A program made the position numbers and the translations under genes. Below are positions 57,887 to 64,000 of a stretch of 64,000 nt of DNA, in pieces. Below the pieces are notes generated by a model. That model was not told the origin of the DNA. It saw nothing but the letters and a program-made list of their open reading frames with translations, and did not search any database. The stretch is from Patescibacteria group bacterium (GTDB lineage: Bacteria; Patescibacteriota; Patescibacteriia; CAIXNZ01). How positions within the stretch are numbered: the first letter of the stretch is position 1; each line of letters opens with the position of its first letter. The stretch lies in NCBI GenBank assembly GCA_041651155.1, contig JBAZJU010000002.1, positions 21,467 to 85,466 on the forward strand, given 5' to 3'.

Positions 57887-58957
57887 ATGTCCCTTAAAAA
57901 ATATCAAAAGGCTTTGGCGTCATTAGCTTTTCAAACCGAAAATGTCCAACCCAGGCGCTATATTGATTACTACAGAAACTATTATGACGATGACGTTCAC
58001 TTTTTTGAAGTCCTGGATCCTTTTGAAATGGATGCGCACAAGATAATCAACAGCAAAGCTTTCCGCCGGCTGCAATATAAAACGCAGGTTTTCCCAACGC
58101 CAAATAATTCGCATATTCGCACCCGGTTATTGCATGTAAAAGAGGTTGAATCAACCGCCGTATTGCTCGCCACAATTCTGGGTCTAAATGTGCCGATGTG
58201 CAGGGCGATTGCCTTGGGACATGATATTGGCCATGCGCCTTTCGGCCATTTTGGTGAAAAATATTTGACCCAAAAGTCTGGGAAAATTTTTTCACACGCA
58301 ATTAACGGCGCTCTCATTGCCCAAAGAATAGAACGAAAAGGAGCCGGTCTTAATCTGTGCAAAGAAACACTGCAAGGCATTTGCCATCATTCGCGTACTC
58401 AAGATCCGAATCTGACACTTTCCCAAAACGTACCCGAAGAATTCAATGTAATAATGCTGGCGGATAAAATAGCTTACGTTTTCTCAGATTACAATGATGC
58501 AAAAAGAAATAATTCCATCAAAGAGCCAAACGACTCAAACATTGAATTTTTTGGAAAAAGACAAAGGCTCCGCGCTTATCACTGCATTGAAGCTTTAGTG
58601 GAAGAGAGCGCAGAACAGGGGAAAATTGCCTTTGCTCAATCACAGACAGCTAAAGAGTTCAAAATTCTGCGGCAATGGCTGCAAAAAAATGTCTACCAGC
58701 CAATCAAATTTGACATACAGGCCATTTACTTTGAAAGGCTGTTGGACTTCTTTAGCTCTGAAAAAGACTACCAAGACTGCGATCCTTATGTCTTGCTCTC
58801 CTTATTAACAGACAACGAGGTCTTCCAGTTTGGCGAGTATTGCAAAACTGCCAGAATCCCCACTAGCGAAAATTTGGCGAATTTCGGCATTAAGGAAATT
58901 GCTCCCTGGATTAAGGGGAAAAAACTGGATTTTTCTTCTCCTAAGCTGGATTGGTAA
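57887..58957 (+). CDS. dGTP triphosphohydrolase-like HD-domain protein
   Basis: HVKEVE...ALGHDIGHAPFGH HD motif; SD aaaaggaggaaaaATG. Confidence 0.75.
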   Translation: MSLKKYQKALASLAFQTENVQPRRYIDYYRNYYDDDVHFFEVLDPFEMDAHKIINSKAFRRLQYKTQVFPTPNNSHIRTRLLHVKEVESTAVLLATILGLNVPMCRAIALGHDIGHAPFGHFGEKYLTQKSGKIFSHAINGALIAQRIERKGAGLNLCKETLQGICHHSRTQDPNLTLSQNVPEEFNVIMLADKIAYVFSDYNDAKRNNSIKEPNDSNIEFFGKRQRLRAYHCIEALVEESAEQGKIAFAQSQTAKEFKILRQWLQKNVYQPIKFDIQAIYFERLLDFFSSEKDYQDCDPYVLLSLLTDNEVFQFGEYCKTARIPTSENLANFGIKEIAPWIKGKKLDFSSPKLDW

Positions 58958-59036
58958 AAATAAAAAAACGCTTCCCGTATCGCGGGAGGCGTTTATTTTT
59001 TTATCTAATTATCGCTACAAACTGCTGAATTCCTAT

Positions 59037-59300
59037 TCAAGGCACTGGATCATGACCGCCTGGAGAAAGAGGATGGCAACGTACAATTCTTTTAATGCCC
59101 AGCCAGCTGCCTTTAATTATGCCATATTTTGAAATTGCCTGATATGTGTATTCGCTGCACGAAGGATAGAATCTACAGCCTAAAAAAGGAAAAATTTTAG
59201 ACATAAAACCATGATCAAAGGATAAAGTTTTTTGATAAAGCCTTATAACCATTAAAACTACTATGCGCAGTTGGAAGCTAAACCATTTAGTAATTTTCAT
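59037..59300 (-). CDS. yidD: membrane protein insertion efficiency factor YidD
   Basis: [10 protein letters not shown] motif. Confidence 0.85.
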   Translation of the reverse strand: MKITKWFSFQLRIVVLMVIRLYQKTLSFDHGFMSKIFPFLGCRFYPSCSEYTYQAISKYGIIKGSWLGIKRIVRCHPLSPGGHDPVP

Positions 59301-59671
59301 ACTAGCAATTTGGCCTTAAATAATGTCTGGGATAAAATCTCTCCCATTTTTTTATATTCTAAAACCTTGCCTTGCTTATTAATAATTTTGGGGGAGAGGA
59401 TAATGATAATATCATAACCGTTTTTGATGCTGGAGATATTTAAGCGGATGAGTTCGCTCAAGCGCCGCCTGATTAAATTCCTTTGAGTTGCCTTCTTGCT
59501 TACCTTTGTTGAAACAATTAAGCCAAAACGCGACATATTTAAATCATTCTTAACATACCTAATTAAAAAAACAGGGGCATAGGCTGTCTGGCCCTCTTGA
59601 CTGACTTTGGCAAAATCATTTTTTTTCCTTAAGCGATAAATTTTTTTTAGCATAAAATTGTCCTGATACAA
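59297..59671 (-). CDS. rnpA: ribonuclease P protein component
   Basis: [11 protein letters not shown]...[23 protein letters not shown] RnpA pattern; follows rpmH. Confidence 0.85.
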   Translation of the reverse strand: MYQDNFMLKKIYRLRKKNDFAKVSQEGQTAYAPVFLIRYVKNDLNMSRFGLIVSTKVSKKATQRNLIRRRLSELIRLNISSIKNGYDIIIILSPKIINKQGKVLEYKKMGEILSQTLFKAKLLV

Positions 59672-59712
59672 AATTAGACTCTCAAGCCATGCTCGTAGAG
59701 TCTAATAATAAT

Positions 59713-59874
59713 CTATTTTCTTAATCTTTTTTCATCAGAGACTGTTAATTTTTTTCTGCCCCTGCTGCGGCGTCGTTTTAGCACCAATCTCCCCTTTTTT
59801 GAGCTCATTCTTACTAAAAATCCATGGGTCTTGGCTCTTTTTCTTTTCTTAGGCTGGTATGTTCTTTTTGGCAT
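59713..59874 (-). CDS. rpmH: 50S ribosomal protein L34 (53 aa, missed by the >=60-aa ORF track)
   Basis: Minus-strand translation [53 protein letters not shown]. Confidence 0.85.
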   Translation of the reverse strand: MPKRTYQPKKRKRAKTHGFLVRMSSKKGRLVLKRRRSRGRKKLTVSDEKRLRK

Positions 59875-60095
59875 AAACTAAAATTAAATTTATAAGGCTA
59901 AATTTTGGCTATCTCTACCTAATAGATTAGCACCTGTGGAAAAATTTGTCAAAAGGAAAAATATGTATTAAGCTGTATCCACAGTATATAAACAGCTTAT
60001 AAACTTTTATGTCTTGGCTTATATTTTTCTATATTTTCTTTTATGCTATTATTTCAATATAACATACTTCTCCTAAAAAATTCTTCAGGGGCCCT
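59875..60095. promoter_or_regulatory. oriC-associated region (DnaA-box-like sites) between rpmH and dnaA
   Basis: gtatccacag (TATCCACAG) and ctgtggaaa (box-like) plus AT-rich stretches; classic rpmH|dnaA position. Confidence 0.5.
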
Positions 60096-61490
60096 ATGAA
60101 TACTCAACAAATTTGGCAAGCTGTTTTAGGCGAATTAGAGCTCTCTTTGAGCAAAGCTAATTTTACTACCTGGTTTAAGGGTACTTTTATCTTAGAAATG
60201 GATGAGCTCACTGTTATTATTGGCGTACCAAATGCTTTTACTAAAAATTGGCTGGAAAAAAAATATAATACTGAAATTCTTAAAGCTCTGCGCGAATTAA
60301 GTGAGATTAATTTTAAAGAAATTTCCTTTAAAGTCGCCTCTAAAAAAAACCAAGCCTCCCAGGCACTGGCCGAAATTACCAAGCCAACCCAAAATTCTTT
60401 TTCTCCGGAAAGGCTAACTGTAGAAAAAAGCTATTCAGCTAATCCTAAAGATTTGCCGGGTCTTGCTTATGGCTTAAATCCCAAATATACTTTTTCCGCC
60501 TTTATTGTCGGCAAAGGCAATGAACTAGCCAGGGCAGCAGCTCAATCAGTTGCAGCCACTCCCGGAGAAACCTATAATCCTCTTTTTATTTATGGCGGCG
60601 CTGGCTTAGGCAAAACCCATCTTTTACAGGCGATCGGCCATGAAATAGCCAAAAATTACAGCAAGAAAAAAATACTTTACTTAACCTGTGAAAAATTCAC
60701 TAATGATTTTGTTAATTCTGTGGCTAATGGCAAAGCCTACAATTTTAAAGACCTTTATCGTTCCGTTGATGTCTTATTAATTGATGACATCCAGTTTTTA
60801 GCTGGCAAAGAAGGCACCCAGGAGGAATTTTTTCACACCTTCAATGCCTTACATCAAAACAATAAACAAATTGTTTTGTCTGCTGACCGTCCGCCAAAAT
60901 CTATTCCGGCCTTAGAGAATCGTTTATTGACCCGGTTTGAATGGGGCATGATCGCAGATATTTCTCTGCCTGATTATGAAACTAGGCTGGCAATTTTAGA
61001 AACAAAGGCTCTGGAAAAAAAATATGCTCTTGATCGTGCTATTCTTAATTATTTAGCGACAAATATTTCCAGCAATATCAGGGAATTAGAAGGGGCTTTA
61101 AATAGAATTATTGCCTTTCATCAATTAAATGCCATCCCGCCAACCCTGGAAAGCGTAAAAAAAATCCTGGTTGGAATTACCACCAATCTGCAAAAACGAT
61201 CTCTTATACCCAAAGATATTATTTTAGCTGTTTCTAATTTTTATGATGTAAAATTAGAAGATCTATTGGGCAAATGCCGAGAAAAAAAGCTCGTTAATCC
61301 CCGCCAAATTGCCATGTTTTTGCTCAGAGAAGAAATTAAAAGTTCATTTCCCACCATTGGCCAGGAATTGGGCGGACGAGACCACACCACGGCCATGCAC
61401 GCAATTCATAAGATACAAAATGATTATGATAATGATGAAAAAACGCGCCGGGAAATAGAGCAGATCAAACAACGCCTTTATACTATTTAA
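60096..61490 (+). CDS. dnaA: chromosomal replication initiator DnaA
   Basis: GGAGLGKTHLLQAIG Walker A and a DnaA domain IV helix. Confidence 0.95.
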   Translation: MNTQQIWQAVLGELELSLSKANFTTWFKGTFILEMDELTVIIGVPNAFTKNWLEKKYNTEILKALRELSEINFKEISFKVASKKNQASQALAEITKPTQNSFSPERLTVEKSYSANPKDLPGLAYGLNPKYTFSAFIVGKGNELARAAAQSVAATPGETYNPLFIYGGAGLGKTHLLQAIGHEIAKNYSKKKILYLTCEKFTNDFVNSVANGKAYNFKDLYRSVDVLLIDDIQFLAGKEGTQEEFFHTFNALHQNNKQIVLSADRPPKSIPALENRLLTRFEWGMIADISLPDYETRLAILETKALEKKYALDRAILNYLATNISSNIRELEGALNRIIAFHQLNAIPPTLESVKKILVGITTNLQKRSLIPKDIILAVSNFYDVKLEDLLGKCREKKLVNPRQIAMFLLREEIKSSFPTIGQELGGRDHTTAMHAIHKIQNDYDNDEKTRREIEQIKQRLYTI

Positions 61491-61785
61491 ATTTTTGTGT
61501 AAAACAAGTTGATAAACCACTGGATTTCTGAGGACAGACCCTTTAAAAGCTTGCGAAAAACTATTCACACTTTTAAGCCTTTGGTGGATAAAAAACTAGT
61601 TTAAATTTTATCTGTTTTTTTCTCCACAAGCCATACACAAATCTTACCTGGCATCCTAAACAAGTTATTAAACAGTTTTTTTAAAAAAACTCCTTTATAA
61701 CCGTTAAATTTTGAACTTTTCTCAACTTATCCACTTCCTTATTACTATTATTACTTTTATAAATTAATTATTTAATAATATAAAT
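61491..61785. promoter_or_regulatory. dnaA-dnaN intergenic region with DnaA boxes and AT-rich unwinding-element-like tract
   Basis: ggtggataa (TTATCCACC), cttatccact (TTATCCACT), ttctccaca, then ttattactattattacttttataaattaattatttaataatat. Confidence 0.55.
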
Positions 61786-62952
61786 ATGAAAATATCCTGT
61801 ACTCAAGAAAATTTAAACCAAGGTCTAAATATTGTTTCTCATATTGCCAGTAAAAATACATCCTTGCCGATTTTAAGCAATGTTTTAATAAAAGCTGAAA
61901 AAGGCGTCTTAAGTTTTATTACCACAAATTTAGAAATGGGGATTAATTGTTTGGTCAGGGGAAAAATTGAGCAAGACGGCAGCTATACTGTAAGTTCAAA
62001 ATTATTTAGTGACTATATAAATTTATTGCCAAATCAAAAGATTGAAATAGAGTTAAAAGATGATTTTCTACAAATAAAATCAGCTGATCAGGATACGAAA
62101 ATTAAAGGTAATGGCTCTGAAGAATTTCCCCTAATTCCTCAGGTTGAAAAGAAAAACCCTTTTTCTTGCAAGATTTCGGATTTACTTAAAGCTCTTTCCC
62201 AGGTTTTATTTGCAGTTTCTGTGTCAGAAACCAGGCCGGAAATATCAGGCGTGTATTTTAATTTTAGCGATAATTTTCTAACCCTGACTGCTACTGACAG
62301 CTATCGCTTGGCGGAAAAGAAAATTAGGCTGAAAGAAAAAGTTAAGGCTGACAAAGAAGTGATTATACCAGCCAGAACAATTGCTGAATTGTTCAGGATT
62401 TTATCAGGCTATTCTGCTGGCCAGGAAATGTCTGGCGAAGAGACGGCCGCTTCAGACCAGCTTCAAATTTACTTTGAAGACAACCAAGTTTTATTTGAAT
62501 TTGACAGCGTGGAATTAATTTCCAGAATAATTGAGGGCCAGTACCCGAATTATAAGCAGATAATTCCAGCCAGTCATAAAACCAGGGCAGTTGTCAGCAT
62601 TGCCGAATTTATTAAAGCAGCTAAAACAGCGGCCTTATTTTCCCGTACCGGCATTTATGATATTAATTTGGAGTTTAAAGCAGGTAAGCTGATTGTTTCT
62701 TCAACTAATAGCCAATTAGGCGAGAATCAGACAAAGATTGAAACTAAGGTAGAAGGCGAGGATAATAAAATCGTGGTTAATTTTCGTTATTTATTGGATG
62801 GCTTGCAAAACAGCGATTCCTCAGACATAATTTTTGAAATGACTGATAATAACAACCCCTGCGTTTTAAGGCCGGCTGAAAGTTTGAATGAAAAAAAAGA
62901 AGCGATCGCTTCTGAAGATTATCTTTATATTATCATGCCGATAAAGCAGTAA
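61786..62952 (+). CDS. dnaN: DNA polymerase III beta sliding clamp
   Basis: Three-domain beta-clamp similarity; follows dnaA. Confidence 0.9.
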   Translation: MKISCTQENLNQGLNIVSHIASKNTSLPILSNVLIKAEKGVLSFITTNLEMGINCLVRGKIEQDGSYTVSSKLFSDYINLLPNQKIEIELKDDFLQIKSADQDTKIKGNGSEEFPLIPQVEKKNPFSCKISDLLKALSQVLFAVSVSETRPEISGVYFNFSDNFLTLTATDSYRLAEKKIRLKEKVKADKEVIIPARTIAELFRILSGYSAGQEMSGEETAASDQLQIYFEDNQVLFEFDSVELISRIIEGQYPNYKQIIPASHKTRAVVSIAEFIKAAKTAALFSRTGIYDINLEFKAGKLIVSSTNSQLGENQTKIETKVEGEDNKIVVNFRYLLDGLQNSDSSDIIFEMTDNNNPCVLRPAESLNEKKEAIASEDYLYIIMPIKQ

Positions 62953-63225
62953 AAAGTTAAGAGAATCGCTATCCCTCTAATTCGTCAAAAATGCAGGTTG
63001 TGGTTAATTTACGAAATAAATTCGCATAGAAACGAGTTAAACGAAATAAAAATAGCTCTTTTCCACCCTCGATTTGAAGTACACACTTTTATATTATAGA
63101 ATAATGCAATTTCAAATTCAAAGAAAATCAAATCAAAAACCGAAGTAAAGAAAAGATTGGATTGGCTGAAAACAGAATTATAAAAATTGAAATAATAAAC
63201 CAAAATATTAACTTTAATTATAAAT

Positions 63226-63990
63226 ATGCCAAACCAAGAAAAAGAACCAAATCCAATGCAAAAACCTGAAGAATCTACAAAAGAAGGCGTAGAAGCACTA
63301 AGTCCTGATTTTTTTGATAAATTTAGCTTAGCAAGATCTATTAGTGGCGAAAGAGCTTCCGAAGAGGATGAGACCAAAAGAGATAAATTAAGACAAGAAT
63401 TTGATTCTCTTATTCAATATTTGGGAAAAGAGGTTAAGATGCATATTAAAACAGATAAACAAATATCTGATTTTATAGACCAAGTTTTAGAAAAATGCGA
63501 TTTTGATAACCTTGTAAAAAAAGACGGTAAAATTATAAAAATCCGCCATGACAACACTATTGATGATACGTGGAGGGATATTCATCGAATAGCTTTTCCA
63601 GATGCTTCATTAGACAAGCTTGCCCTAATAGATAAAAAATTTCATTATATTTCTAACTTTCTCCTTTTTGAGTTTTGGATGAAGGTGCGAGATAATTTTT
63701 CCGACGAAAGAACATGGAATATTTTAAAAGATAGATTACTGGATGGTTGTAATTATATTATGCTGGATATGAATAAAGATTATATGGATCAAGTAACTCC
63801 CGAAGTATATTTAAAATATTTAAAAATGATTAAGAACGTTATTTCAGAAAACCCCAAATTGGAGAAAGAGATATTAAAATGGTTATGGCTTTCTTCTGAA
63901 GCAAAAAAATATTTAATGAAAGAAAAGGAGGGCGCTGAACTGATTTCATATCTGGAAAACAGGAAAAAGGAAAGTGAAAAAGAAGATTAG
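63226..63990 (+). CDS. hypothetical acidic protein
   Basis: ORF track only. Confidence 0.35.
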   Translation: MPNQEKEPNPMQKPEESTKEGVEALSPDFFDKFSLARSISGERASEEDETKRDKLRQEFDSLIQYLGKEVKMHIKTDKQISDFIDQVLEKCDFDNLVKKDGKIIKIRHDNTIDDTWRDIHRIAFPDASLDKLALIDKKFHYISNFLLFEFWMKVRDNFSDERTWNILKDRLLDGCNYIMLDMNKDYMDQVTPEVYLKYLKMIKNVISENPKLEKEILKWLWLSSEAKKYLMKEKEGAELISYLENRKKESEKED

Positions 63991-64000
63991 TTTTTCAATA

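Noticed and set aside
59300-59700. RNase P RNA near rnpA
   Set aside because: No conserved P4 or CR-I-like sequences were seen anywhere in the window.

Overview
This is a 64-kb, AT-rich bacterial chromosomal window. Gene content and architecture suggest a reduced-genome, Patescibacteria/CPR-like organism, but that is inference only. It spans the replication-origin neighbourhood, a 16S rRNA/tRNA locus invaded by mobile DNA, a small accessory islet, and several housekeeping operons.

Replication origin: rpmH-rnpA-yidD on the minus strand, a DnaA-box region, then dnaA-dnaN on the plus strand.

rRNA/tRNA locus on the minus strand: 16S rRNA, tRNA-Ile, a GIY-YIG ORF, a nested pair of tRNA-Phe genes, tRNA-Pro, a GIY-YIG remnant and tRNA-Gly. 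An IS481-like insertion sequence lies immediately upstream of the 16S promoter.

Housekeeping genes: polA, holA, rpsT, rmuC, ychF, rpsF-ssb-rpsR, efp, recA, rodZ-like, ftsK, rpsP-khpA...trmD, tig, tsaC, an IMPase and a dGTPase-like HD protein.

Accessory islet: an HD-domain protein, a Fic protein and a B12/radical-SAM-like protein, flanked by GC-rich palindromes.

Most notable non-genic signals:
- A roughly 95-bp palindromic element family sits upstream of recA and holA. A third copy has its two arms split around a four-helix-bundle ('23S rRNA intervening-sequence protein' family) gene inside the rpsP-trmD operon.
- A REP-like 33-bp palindrome occurs twice. One copy is inserted in-frame inside a RAYT/IS200-like Y1 transposase gene.
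- tRNA genes (Cys-like, Arg, Val) are preceded by tandem 5'-half pseudo-copies carrying GC-rich hairpin insertions. An intact tRNA-Phe is nested inside a second, disrupted tRNA-Phe-like gene.
- Each minus-strand tRNA (Gly, Phe, Ile) has a conserved leader hairpin abutting its 5' end.
- A promoter- and terminator-bounded ncRNA candidate of about 280 nt lies at 14.55-14.84 kb.
- Further signals: tandem ATP-grasp ligases, a decayed CN-hydrolase pseudogene next to pdaD, and an insertion into a phosphoesterase gene marked by a diverged 5' duplication.

All coordinates for RNA genes and small elements were counted by hand and may be off by 1-2 nt.
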